A stretch of DNA of 32,515 bases from Nemertoderma westbladi. Taxonomy: Eukaryota; Animalia; Xenacoelomorpha. Shown one piece after another: positions 11,290 through 22,606 of the stretch (its first letter is position 1; the number at the start of each line of letters is the position of its first letter). Made by a program: the position numbers and the translations under genes. The stretch is from positions 1-32,515 of the forward strand of contig JAUCBJ010007611.1 in the NCBI GenBank assembly GCA_032718475.1. Reading direction: 5' to 3'. The notes beneath the pieces are model-generated. The model searched no databases and was not told where the DNA came from. It saw only the letters and a list, made by a program, of their open reading frames with translations.

Positions 11290-12556
11290 CTAGAAAGGCA
11301 TTTCCTAAAGGAAATGCAACCACGAAGCTAAGGAAAATTAAACAAACGGCCACAATTTGGTTCGTTGCTTAGCCTAGTTTAGTAGCATTTGCCAATAAAT
11401 AACTTCTATTCCCATGGAAACTAGAGTTCTCTGGAACTGTTGGTTTTACCTTTGAAAAAAGATTCAGTCCAGATTGTTTTTCAGATAACACATCGAGTTT
11501 CAGAAAATATTGTAGTTTATGTCCAAATTACAGATTTTCTATCAAAATGCATCTGTTTGCAGTGGTTGTCATGGAAACTGAAAAATAGAACAATGTAATT
11601 CGGATGCAGAATAAGTCATATAGTGGGGGTAGGTGTTGGTCCCAAGTCATAATACTATTAAATTGTGCTTCAAATTATCATTTTATTAATTTTAACATCT
11701 GTTTACTCTTGTTGCTATGGTAAATGGATTTTCTAATTAACTTCGAACGGCTTGTATATGGACCTTATAGATGAGTTGCAAAACCCCAAGTTTATATATA
11801 TTACAGTTTTTCTCCAAATAGAGTTATGATTATAGACTTGAATGATATATAACTTTAAAAAAACTACAGTTACCATGGTAACTAGATATTTCTGGAATGT
11901 TTTGAGTTTCACTAAAAGTTCCAACTAGTGGTCCAGATAACACATACCTAGTTTCGTAAAATTTTATCGTGAAGTCTATGTACAAATGAATAATTTTCGT
12001 ATAAAAACATCTGTTTTCAGCGGTTGTCAAGGTAACTGCAAAATAGAACAATCAAATTCGGACGCAGAATAAGTTATATAGTGGGGGTAGGGATTGGTCC
12101 CAAGTCATCACACCTTAACCTTAGGCTTCAAATTAACATTTTAAAAATTTTAACATCTGTTTAGCCCGGTTGCCAAGGTAACTGGATTTTCTATTTAACC
12201 TCAATCGGCTCTGCTATGGACCTTATAGTTGTGTTGAGAAACCCCAAGTTTATATGTATTGTAGTTTTCCTACAAATAGAGTTACAAATATTGACTTGAA
12301 ATACATAGACTTTTTTCTAAGTCCGTTGCCATGGAAACCAGATTTTTCCTGAATATGAGACCCATCCCACACGACGCGCCTTGATGAGTAGTATATACAT
12401 GCAAAATTTCAGGGTACTTTTAAAGGCTAGTTTTTTCCCCGACCAAAAAAAACCAAATCTGCCTCATACAAGTAAAATAGCCCACTATGAATAGACCATC
12501 TCAGCTAAGGAAAATCTTTCTTAGCGAAAGTAGTTGATTTTCCTTAGCTTCGTGGA
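11290..12556 (-). mobile_element. Non-autonomous Helitron-like element, 1267 bp
   Basis: Minus strand A|TCCACG...GCATTTCC-TTTA-GGAAATGC-CTTT-CTAG|T: TC start, CTAG end, 3' hairpin (11298-11317), A|T target, no TSD. Removing it restores the Gypsy integrase frame (AAC A|TA TCA ATA GAT CGT TTG AAA CCC). Confidence 0.88.
11408..12340. repeat. ~150-bp monomers arranged as a ~458-bp trimer, inside the Helitron
   Basis: 11550-11890 aligns with 12007-12345; a GTT-C-A-GG-AAC palindrome recurs at 11408, 11565, 11711, 11869, 12023, 12169 and 12325. Confidence 0.85.
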
Positions 12557-15330
12557 TGTTTTAGTCGCCGCTGGGTGTTAATAGTTTGTAATACTTATTG
12601 TTTCGCTCCAGAACCTTAAATGGTCCTGGTAAATGGTAAGGGACTTCGAGTGGTTTTCTTATTCGATCTATGCGAACAAATACTTTATCGCATTGTTGAA
12701 CTGCCGCTGGGATATGCGTTTTGATGGAAGTATTTGGGTCTTGTTGATTTAATGTTGCCGATTGTGCTATGAAACCTAATTCAGTTATGTGTTTATGTAG
12801 TTTGCATACAAATTTCCAGTTATAGGTTGTGTCTGTAGGGACGATGATACTTGCTGGTAGAAGTGGTAGGGTTCCAGTAACTAATTCAAAAGGCGACATT
12901 CCAGTGATATGCGAAGGTGTTATGCGATGGCTCAATAGGATTATAGGCAGAGAGGATAACCAATCGCTTTTCCGGCTTTTTAAACCGGCTATTAATATTC
13001 TATGGAATCGTTCAATTTTGCCATTTGATTACGGATGGTAGGATGTGGTTCGTAGTCGGTAGTGCGAAGTGGGGCTTTTGTGTGAATTTGGATTTTTGAA
13101 GTTTGACATGGAATACATGTGCGACACCAGTTTGATATCATACGGCGAGCGTTGGGCCAAATATATCTATCAGTTATTAATCTTATTGTTGATTTGATTC
13201 CTGGGTGTGCGAGATTGTGAAATTGCACAAATATCAAAAAATTTTGAAGTTCCTTTGGTACAATTGGTCGTGGTTGTGTAGTAGATATGTCGCATTGAAG
13301 TTGTCTTCCTATTGCTGTGGTATAGTCTTTCAGTTTGAAAGAGTTCTTGACATCTTTTATATTAGGATCATTAGCCTGAGCAGTTGCGATGTCATCAATA
13401 CTGAGACCGTCTATTTGCATAGCTGCGATGTTTCTTGAGAGAGTATCTGCCACCACGTTGGTATCTCCAGGAATATATTCTATATTGTCAATGTATTCTG
13501 CAAGAAAGGATAAATGACGATTCTGCCGTGGTGATAGGCTGTTTGGTTTATTAAATGCGAGGGCAAGTGGTTTATGGTCGGTGTAAATAGTCACTGTTCT
13601 TCCTTCTATAATATCCCTATAATGTAAGGTGGTTTGATATGCAGCTAGCAATTCGCGGTCGAATGTTGACCACGTTGATTCTTTTTTACTAAGTCTGCGA
13701 GAGTAGAATCCGATTGGGTTGGACTCTGCTGATGAATTTACTTCCTGTAGTGAGCCACCGAGAGCGATGTTGGAAGCATCCGTGGTGATGATTAAAGGTG
13801 TATCTACTGTGGATGGGTGATGGAGAAGAACAGCTTTGGCTAGAGCGCGTTGAAGGGCTTGGAAAGCCGTTAAATGCTCCTGTGTCCATTGTTGTTCAGT
13901 AAAAGGAAGTTGTGGAAGTTTGCGTTTATCAGGTTGTGCGTTGTTGAGTAATGTTTGGAGTGGATGACATAGTGTACTGAATTGGGGAATATGTTTTCTG
14001 TAGAAATTGAACATTCCCATTATTCAACGTAGTTTTGGGTAGTTTGTGGGCATGGGCAATGCTGTGAGCGCAGCCACTCTGTCTGCTGGGGGTTTAATTC
14101 CAGTTTCAGATACTTGAAAACCCAGAAATTATATTTCTTTTTTGAACCATTTGCACTTGGACAAATTGACTTTTAAATGTCTGCTGGGGGTTTAATTCCA
14201 GCTTCAGATACTTGAAAACCCAGAAATTATATTTCTTTTTTGAACCATTTGCACTTGGACAAGTTGACTTTTAAATTACAGTCAGATAGGCGTTGAAATA
14301 TCGTTTGTAGGTCAAGATAGTGTTGTTCAATAGTCGTTGATGAAACTAAAATATCGTCGAAGAATATCGAAGAATATATGTCGCCTAAAGATGTGTCCAT
14401 TCGATGTTGGAAGGTTTGACCAGCGTTTTTGAGTCCATATGGCATTCTTAGGAATTCATAGAGACCAAATGGTGTCATTACGGCTGTTTTTGGCATATCT
14501 GATTCAGCAACTGCGATCTGGTTGTAGGCACGAACGAGATCTAGCTTACTAAATATTGTTTTACCTTTGAGATTCTGGTTAAAGTGGTGGATATGAGGGA
14601 CTGGGTAGCGATCGGGTTGAGTCTCTCTGTTGAGTGCACGATAATCGCCACATGGTCTCCATTGGTCTGTGGTATTCTTTTTAGGGGCCGTATGTAGAGG
14701 GGCCGTCCAAGGACTGCTGGAAGGGCGTATTATGCCTTTATCTTGGAGATCTTTAAATACGTCTTTCGCTATGATTAGTTTCTCACTACTGAGTTGTCTA
14801 GGTTTAGAAGCTAATGGTTGAATATCAGCTGTGATAATATGATGAACAGTGTCGGACACAGGTGGACCCATGAAAGCTGTATCATGGTTAAAAATATCGG
14901 AGAAATCGTTCAGTAGGTTCTCCAGCCAGTCAAGGTTTATCTTTAGTACTTGTCACTTCCATAATATTTTGACTTTTAGCAGAAGAGTTATTGAGCGTTT
15001 GCCTGAGTTTTGTTTCATTATCTACGATTATTATATTTTTGCAGTCGAGAATCATTCCGAAATGCGATAGAAAATCTAAACCAATAATATTTTGGTCAAC
15101 GTTTGCGATATAAAATGTCCATGGAAAATTTCGGCGAAGTAGAGAAATAGTTATTGTTATTTTGCCGTAAACTTTGAGAAGTGATCCAGATGCTGTGGTG
15201 AGTTTCATTAGAGTTAATTGCCACACGGAGTCTTTTACTACTTCAGGCCTAATAACACTGACTTGTGATCCCGTGTCAATTATAAATTTTGTTGATTGCG
15301 ATACGACACCATTGAGTATTGCTGCGGTGA
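12557..15330 (-). pseudogene. pol: Gypsy pol (protease, RT, RNase H, integrase), disrupted
   Basis: PR FIIDTGSQVSV (~15255-15285); [39 protein letters not shown]; RH TTDAS, DRELLA, YTDHKPL, ADTLSR; INT HHCC (HNLAHPG..CIPC) and GPF motif. Several frameshifts and stops. Confidence 0.95.
14080..14275. repeat. 98-bp tandem duplication inside RT
   Basis: 14080-14177 and 14178-14275 differ at 2 positions. Confidence 0.95.
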
Positions 15331-15371
15331 GTAAAAATACGGCAGCATTATTACCCTCAGTTTGTGCTGCA

Positions 15372-16249
15372 TTAACCCTGAGGGTGCCTAGTTTTCCGAA
15401 GGTGAGTTTGAACGCGACGGTTGACGAGAGGATGGTGCCAGTGGTGGTTTACTACCGGGCCAGCGACACCAGTTCTTGCCGTTTTTTGCTCTGTCACCAT
15501 AGTATACGTGAAAACGGCACACCTTTGGTTCTGTCCAGCCGATAAGGGAAACATGGAACCTTGTGGTGTTTGGTTGGGGTTGTGATTGTTCGTAACGTTC
15601 CCGCTAGACAAGGGTCGAAACATGCGGCTGGGTTCATTGAAGTTGGGAAAATTAGTGTTTTGGTTATAATTAGGGTCCTTGTTAATCTTGAATACGTGTG
15701 GAGCAGGTTCTTCATTTGTGAGTTGCAGAATAGTATCTGCAAGGGCAGCAAACTCATCTGGAGGAAGTTTTTGATGTGCTGCTAAAGATGGTCGAACAGA
15801 AACTGGTAGGGCTTGGAGTAATTTGTGTCGAACAAGGTCGTCGTCTACAGTTAAATTACATTCACTCAATTTCCGTTTTATCCTGAGATAAACAAGAGAT
15901 GGTTTTTGTCCATCTAATGTGTCGTTACCCAATGCTTCTTCCAAAAGTTCTGACTTAGTTTTTTGGTAGAGTTTAATGATCTGTCCTTTGATCTGTTCGT
16001 AGGTATTTATCGTTGGGGACACATTGAGTGCGACATCTTCTGGGCTGGGAGATTGGCGAGGATGTGATGAAATTTTGTTGTTTCATTGGTGATCGTTGCT
16101 AGGGCGAATTGCGATTCCAAGAGACGAAACCATACAGTTGGATTAGTTCGAAAACTTACTGGCGGTTTTATTGAGACTCGTAATAATTTATGTGGATTAC
16201 CCTCAACATCGTTTGGAAAGACGTACTGCAGTTCTTCGTCGTTATCCAT
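15372..16249 (-). pseudogene. gag: Gypsy gag (CsRn1-type), frameshifted
   Basis: IKPPVSFRTNPTVWFRLLESQFALATITNETTKFHHILANLP; LDGQKPS; LAAH..FAALADTI; CRFHVYYGDRAKNGKNWCRW (CHCC knuckle with its third ligand, a Cys, mutated to Gly). Confidence 0.9.
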
Positions 16250-16255
16250 TAGTTG

Positions 16256-16273
16256 ATCTCGCCCGGGTAACCA
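16256..16273 (-). promoter_or_regulatory. Primer-binding site, tRNA-Trp-like
   Basis: TGGTTACCCGGGCGAGAT, 14/18 match to TGGTGACCCCGACGTGAT; 3 nt after a candidate LTR end ...CGTCA (16277) and 7 nt before the gag ATG. Confidence 0.7.
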
Positions 16274-17576
16274 CTATGACGATATACACGTCAATTGTAT
16301 TTATAATAAAGAGTTTTTATTTCTTATCTGGCCATCAATTATTGTATTTCTCTAAAGTTAATTTTCTTACTACCGTTAAGTTTCCTAATAACTAATACTT
16401 AGTATTTTTTGACTTTCATTACAGTGTTTACAGAGTATACTTTATTGATGTTATATAAGTCTCGTTTTCTAATTCGATGCTCGATTATAAATGACTATTA
16501 TTTATTTGGGATAGTTTGAGATATAGCGAACGGGATTCCTCTGTCCTAGGAGAAAATGGCAGAAACCCCTGTCTCGGATATCTCAATGGCAAGGTTCGTC
16601 GGATGGATGAAAGGTTGACAATAATCTAATCAATCTATCAATATCATTTTATAATGTAGGGCGGGTGGGAGGTAATTTTTTATGAACTACTGTGTATGGA
16701 GTTGAACAGTCCACATACAAATGAAACAAGATGGGAATGTGGCTCACTTTCCAGACTATATTTATATTCCCTCGTTCCTGTAACCATATCAGTCCCGGTG
16801 ATTAATGGCCCGGGGATATTAGGATTGGTTAGTTGATTATCTAAACACAGGATTCTTGTCTGTAATGTCAAACTAAGACTGTGAAGGTGGATCTGATTAT
16901 TGCCTGATGTATCTTATAAATCATGCTGGGAATCAGAGCTAGTCTCTGTGACCTCTTCCATTGCAGTCAAAAAATTTTTATAAACAAAAATTATAATTTC
17001 TCAACTCTGCTACAGTATATCTGTTAACATGCTTCTGTCTACTATTATATTTATACTCGAATGAAACGGGTGATGCTAAATTCACTCCACAGACTCGACA
17101 TAAGCTGAGGGTAAGGTAGAAAGCAGTAACAGCCAATACAATTACAGGAGGCGCTTAGTTGCTAAGATGCACTGTCAAGACAACGGTATAAATAATAACA
17201 TAAACAGCTGGGATTAAATAGGCTTGCAGTTACACATCACAGACTGATTGCTTACTTACAGACTGTCTTCTGCTGATAAAGTATTATATTTAGTTATATA
17301 GTCATAGTCTTACGGCATAGTCGGCGTCAATAATTATCGAAATCTGTCGTATTAAAATTTACGCAGAATATTATGGTTAGAATTTCCATTTCAATGCAGC
17401 TATTTCTAACCAACCTGCCGTATATGTAACGCTGTCGGTATTTTCTCAAAAGCTTGGTATGAACTATATTGTACAGTATATGTCCATCTGCCATAAATCA
17501 GCAGTTCCACGCGCAGTTTCGAGAATTTACATAGTTATAAAGGTCGTAAGTGTAAGTTTGTGAAAAATACTCTCAG

Positions 17577-17917
17577 TCAAAACAGGACGAGCGCAACGAG
17601 GCTTTTAATGAAGACGAGTACTGCGTTTACTATATATAACCCTAAACCGCCTGATATACAGTAGCATATTGAAAGAGTTATCATTTTGTTCAAAACCGGG
17701 AGTGGAATGTTGTAAGTTATATATTTTGATGACAAGATGTACAGGAAGAGCGCAACGAGTGTTTTAATGAATACGAAAACTGCGTTGAATATACTCATAA
17801 ACCAGCTGGTTTAGCACTCTGAAGGATAATATATGAATTTGTTCAGAACAGGTGGAATGTTGTAAGATGTATAATTGGTGATCAGATATACAGAACGAGA
17901 GCAATTATGCTTTTTAA
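17577..17917 (+). repeat. Diverged ~160-bp tandem repeat
   Basis: acagga-gagcgcaacgag--ttttaatgaa-acga--actgcgtt...gtggaatgttgtaag occurs twice plus a partial third copy that is interrupted at TTAA. Confidence 0.8.
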
Positions 17918-18367
17918 CCCTTTCGTGCGGGCATATTTTATATATTTGATTATATTTTTTATAATTAGACCACCCCCCCCCCCCCCCCCCTCATTTAGCG
18001 TACAGTATAATTTATGATGGAACCATATCCCAAAGAGGCAACGTATGTCCCTAAACTAGTATGGTTACGACATAACAGACGACGAGGCCAGTGATTCCCA
18101 TGAATCCGAATATTCCGAATCCTCGGATGTGTCAAGTAGTAGTGATAATCTCCCAAAACGGCTTTCACTTCAACATTTGATAGAATAGATACCCGTAACA
18201 TGTAAACAAACAACAACGTCCATCCCTGCGCTGTGTTTGATGTCGGGAGAACGTAGCGAGTGGTGTTCGTCCAAGGGATACCAGATACAGATATAGTGTA
18301 CAGTATGTCCCCCAAAGCAAGCCCTACATTTTGGAGAACAGCTTTGCCTTTGAGGCATATCATAATG
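17918..18367 (+). mobile_element. piggyBac remnant: left end plus C-terminal cysteine-rich domain
   Basis: TTAA|CCCTTTCG at 17914-17925. Plus-strand pieces LPKRLSLQHLIE*IP, RPSLRCV*C, RDTRYRYSVCPPKQALHF and FEAYH match the piggyBac CRD pattern. No right end found. Confidence 0.7.
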
Positions 18368-18415
18368 TAGGCCCTAGCCTACACTCTACATTGTCTTAGA
18401 CTTCATGTTAGATTA

Positions 18416-18557
18416 TACGTTGAATATACTCCTAAACCAGCGTTCAGAGTTCAGCACACTGAAAGATAATTATATGAATTTGTTCATAACAGGTGGAATG
18501 TTGTAAGATGTCTAATTGGTGATCAGATATACAGAACGAGAGCAATTATGCTTTTAA
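18416..18557 (+). repeat. Further copy of the ~160-bp repeat
   Basis: Near-identical to 17783-17917 (acaggtggaatgttgtaagatgt-taattggtgatcagatatacagaacgagagcaattatgc). Confidence 0.85.
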
Positions 18558-18582
18558 TGTATATGATATTTGAGTTGACAGC

Positions 18583-19180
18583 CTTGACATGACATTACTT
18601 GACTTTATGGCACTTGGCATGACGTCACTTGACTTTAAGTTACTTGAATGACGTAACTTGCTTGACATTATGTACCTTGATTTTACATCACTTGACTTGA
18701 AGTCACTGGACTTGATGGCACTTGACTTGGTGGCACTTGACTTGACGTCACTTGATCACTTAGTCAACTAACCTGACTCTACTTGACTTGACGTCACTCC
18801 ACTAAACATCACGACCTCAATTCACTTGAGATCACTTAATTCGACATCGCGTCCCATCACATGACTTTGATATTGATATGATATTAAAATTTGCGCCTAA
18901 AAAAGCAGAATCTTTGTAATTATTGTAGTACGGTAATTATTGTATTTACTGTAGAACATTTCGTATAGTATTCGTAATTTATTTATTTGTTCCATCACAC
19001 CCCCAACTAGAGATTCATTAACTTGCCAATAGCAAGGTATTCTTTTTTACTTGCTAAAACGGGCAAGGTATATGAACTTGAAATCACGCTTGACGTCATT
19101 TGACGACAAACCTGACCTGACTACTGGTCAACTAACCTGACCTCACCTCACCTCACATGACATGACATCACTTGACTCAA
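18583..19180. repeat. Degenerate (GACTT)n / CACTTGACTTGACGT simple repeat in two blocks
   Basis: 5- and 15-nt periodic tracts at ~18583-18870 and ~19075-19180. Confidence 0.8.
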
Positions 19181-19185
19181 CATAT

Positions 19186-20384
19186 TACATTAGTGTACTC
19201 GATTACCAATTTCATTCCCTTGTCACCAATCTCAGTACTTGGTTACGAATTTTAGTTTCTGGTTACAGATTGAAGTTCCCAGTTACAAATTTGTGTATCA
19301 GTTACAAATTGCCACTCAGATACATATTAGTGCAAACGTTACCAATTTCATCCCCATGTTACTAATTTCCGTCTCAGATTACTAATTTCAGTATTGCTTA
19401 CGAATTTCTCTTTCAGGTTACAAATTATAGTTCCCGCGGTTACTAATTTGAGTATCAAGTTACAAATTGCCACCCAGTTCCATATTAGTGCACCCAGTTA
19501 CCAATTTCAGTCTCATGTTACTAATTTCAGTACTTGGTTACGAATTTCTCTTTCAGGTTACAAATTATAGTTCCCGCGGTTACTAATTTGAGTATCAAGT
19601 TACAAATTGCCACCCAGTTCCATATTAGTGCACCCAGTTACCAATTTCAGTCTCAGGTTACTAATTTCAGTATTGGTTACGAATTTATCTTTCAGGTTAC
19701 AAATTATAGTTCCCGCGGTTACTAATTTGAGTATCAAGTTACAAATTGCCACCAGGTTCCATATTAGTGCACCCAGTTAACAATTTCAATCTCAGGTTAC
19801 TAATTTCAGTACTTGGTTACGAATTTCTCTTTCAGGTTACAAATTATAGTTCCCGCGGTTACTAATTTGAGTATCAAGTTACAAATTGCCACCCAGTTCC
19901 ATATTAGTGCACCCAGTTACCAATTTCAGTCTCAGGTTACTAATTTCAGTATTGGTTACGAATTTCTCTTTCAGGTTACAAATTATAGTTCCCGCGGTTA
20001 CTAATTTGAGTATCAAGTTACAAATTGCCACCCAGTTCCATATTAGTGCACCCAGTTACCAATTTCAGTCTCAGGTTACTAATTTCAGTATTGGTTACGA
20101 ATTTCTCTTTCAGGTTACAAATTATAGTTCCCGCGGTTACTAATTTGAGTATCAAGTTACAAATTGCCACCCAGTTCCATATTAGTGCACCCAGTTACCA
20201 ATTTCAGTCTCAGGTTACTAATTTCAGTATTGGTTACGAATTTATCTTTCAGGTTACAAATTATAGTTCCCGCGGTTACTAATTTGAGTATCAAGTTACA
20301 AATTGCCACCCAGTTCCATATTAGTGCACCCAGTTACCAATTTCAGTCTCAGGTTACTAATTTCAGAACTTGGTTACCGAATTT
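19186..20384. repeat. 139-bp satellite: ~7 near-identical copies plus degenerate left-edge copies
   Basis: Unit ggttacgaatttctctttcaggttacaaattatagttcccgcggttac...ggttactaatttcagtatt; ORF-track repeats are spaced exactly 139 nt apart. Confidence 0.97.
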
Positions 20385-21973
20385 CCGGAAAAGTATACTT
20401 CACCCGTATTTACAATTACGAACAAAACAGGCAACAAGACACCGAACCATTTGAACACAACTAAAAGCCGGAATCACCTTGTTTCTAGTGTTTACTCTAC
20501 TTGCATTTTCCTGTGTTTTCAGAATGTGTATAAACTGGTAAAATGTATAGCAGGAGGTATTCAATTGTGAAAGAGTTAAAATTGAAAATGTATTAATTTA
20601 TGAAATTGCGTTCAATATAAAGGACGGTAATAACGAAATTGACAAAAGGAAATACAAAGTCACAATCAAGATTAATAACAGAACAGTTCATATAACAAAA
20701 TGTTTAATAACAAACACATCGAAAAACACAGCTTGCTAACACATTTACTAATATGTCCTGATGTTGTGCCAATTTATAACTAAAATTGTAGGTCACTGAC
20801 AGACAGACAGACGGACGAACTGACAAACAATATACATCTATGACCAATTATACTTAAACCCTAAAATACTTTTCCAATTATACAATTTAAATAACATTGA
20901 CGGCGGTAAAAATAAAAGTTAAATATCTTATTTCCGAACTATTTGTTTTTTCTTGCAATATAAAGGATCTTGGGTGATATTTGTTGGTATGAGTTCGCGT
21001 AATTATCACATCAGCAAGGCCTGAGTTTCAAGCCAATGCAACTCAATCAACGATTCCCTAAGCCAATGATATGAATGATATGACTCAGCTACCTTTAGGG
21101 GAAGTGAGCGAAGATGATGATGATATGAGTTTCTACGGTAAACTGAACTGGACAGCAGAGCCGTTTATAGGGTTACTGACAGCCCAGGTGAAATGAATGG
21201 CTATATTGGAAATGTTGAAGAGAATAATTGGCAAAGAGAGACGCGGCTAGATAGAGATAATGTATGATTATTGTGACTATAATGAATACTTAAAGGCATT
21301 TAAATTTTTTTAAAGGCACATTATGATCCATGTATTTACCAAACTGGAATTCAAAGTTAATTTTACCGCCGTTTAGAGTAACATAGATAATTAAAGATCC
21401 AAGTCAGTTCAGATGATCATTAATGAAATAGCAGTTGTATGAAATAGTTTGCTCGTGAACGACACATAAAATATTAATCCACTCCCCTCAACAACAAAAC
21501 TACCCCCCCCCCCCCCCCCCCCCCCTCCTCCTCCTCCTCCCCCAGAACAAATTTAAACATCAAATGTAACATAATTAATAGTTACGTTATTATATATATA
21601 GTTAATAATTAAGTTAATTTGTTGGATCGGATCTTTCTTCCCCACACCTACGATGGTGGCAGGTAGGACTGAGGGGATTGGAGTGGGAAATTATCTAAGG
21701 CGACATCGAGTAATACGTTTAGCGGAGATTTGGACCATAGCGTCGACATTGCGGCTGATCGTGTTGATTATACATCGGATAACGCCGGACTGGTGCTCGA
21801 ATGGAAATCCACCGCTCCTAAAGAATAAACAACCTTCACTGACATATGTTTCCTATTGTTTCGGAGACATAGGGACAAACAGACCGACAGTAAAACGGAC
21901 AGACAGCCATATCTTGAGAAGCATGAAGCATATCCAATTATTTAATAGCATTACTTTCAGATTCAGTAAGTCA

Positions 21974-22606
21974 CTATACTGATAAGTATATGGCGTTCTG
22001 TGGCCGAGCTCCATTAAGGAAGTCCGAGGTCATTGGCCGAAGTCTGTCGGGGCGACGCACCCCGTCGTATGACAATTTACGACCTCGCCAGAACAACCAG
22101 CACACAAAGTGGCCACGTCTGTGAAATGTTACACCAGCCAATCTGAACTGTCTCCCATATATAGAGCAAGCCAGTGGTAGATTGTCGGTGTCGATAATGG
22201 AGATGGCGTCCACGGAGATGGCAACAATCCATGGGCGTTCGTTTCGAAAGGTGGCCGATATGAGTCGTCGGCGACCATTGCAATTGGCCACATGTTCGGG
22301 CTCATGAGTGCTCCCCAATTCTATGCCATGAACATCGTTGACGTAATAACACGACTGGGGGACACCAGGAGGGGGACATTCACCAAATCGGTTACCACAG
22401 TAACCAGGCATAAACATCCCGGGTAAAAGAAATAAATCTCCAAGGGGATTTATGTGGGTGTGGACCTCCTTGACGTCACTGGCAGCCTTCCTCTTCATTC
22501 TGCTGGTGGGGTTGCCACCAACAGCAAAGTCGGGGAACGCAACAACTTTCTTGATTGCTATCTCCGACTTACATTCCCCCTTCATCGTATTATTCCTGAC
22601 GCCGGC
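21974..22606 (-). CDS. Exon 2 of a putative 301-aa protein: second half of CaRF/ALS2CR8-like domain + USP-like His-box region
   Basis: Acceptor ttgcattccttAG|GCC at 22607/22606, phase 0, in frame with the 203-aa ORF. TMKGECKSEIAIKKVVAFPDF; FRLAGVTFHRRGHFVCW..LSYDG..AIY; TAG stop at 21974. Confidence 0.7.
   Translation of the reverse strand, partial: AGVRNNTMKGECKSEIAIKKVVAFPDFAVGGNPTSRMKRKAASDVKEVHTHINPLGDLFLLPGMFMPGYCGNRFGECPPPGVPQSCYYVNDVHGIELGSTHEPEHVANCNGRRRLISATFRNERPWIVAISVDAISIIDTDNLPLACSIYGRQFRLAGVTFHRRGHFVCWLFWRGRKLSYDGVRRPDRLRPMTSDFLNGARPQNAIYLSV

Larger units (their letters stand above)
7141..16400 (-). mobile_element. Degenerate Gypsy/Ty3 LTR retrotransposon, CsRn1 clade, interrupted by Academ and Helitron insertions
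   Basis: Order PBS-gag-PR-RT-RH-INT-PPT on the minus strand, with a tRNA-Trp-like PBS and CHCC-type gag knuckle. The integrase tail continues across the two insertions. The outer LTR boundary is not resolved and no matching 3' LTR was seen. Confidence 0.9.

Noticed and set aside
16680-16965. Possible host exon on the minus strand
   Set aside because: In-frame stop and no recognisable motif or convincing splice pair.
17995-18363. 122-aa minus-strand ORF
   Set aside because: Antisense of the plus-strand piggyBac cysteine-rich remnant.
19186-20454. Repeated ORFs (VTNFS...) and CRISPR-like appearance
   Set aside because: Translation artefacts of a 139-bp satellite (not a multiple of 3); no unique spacers.
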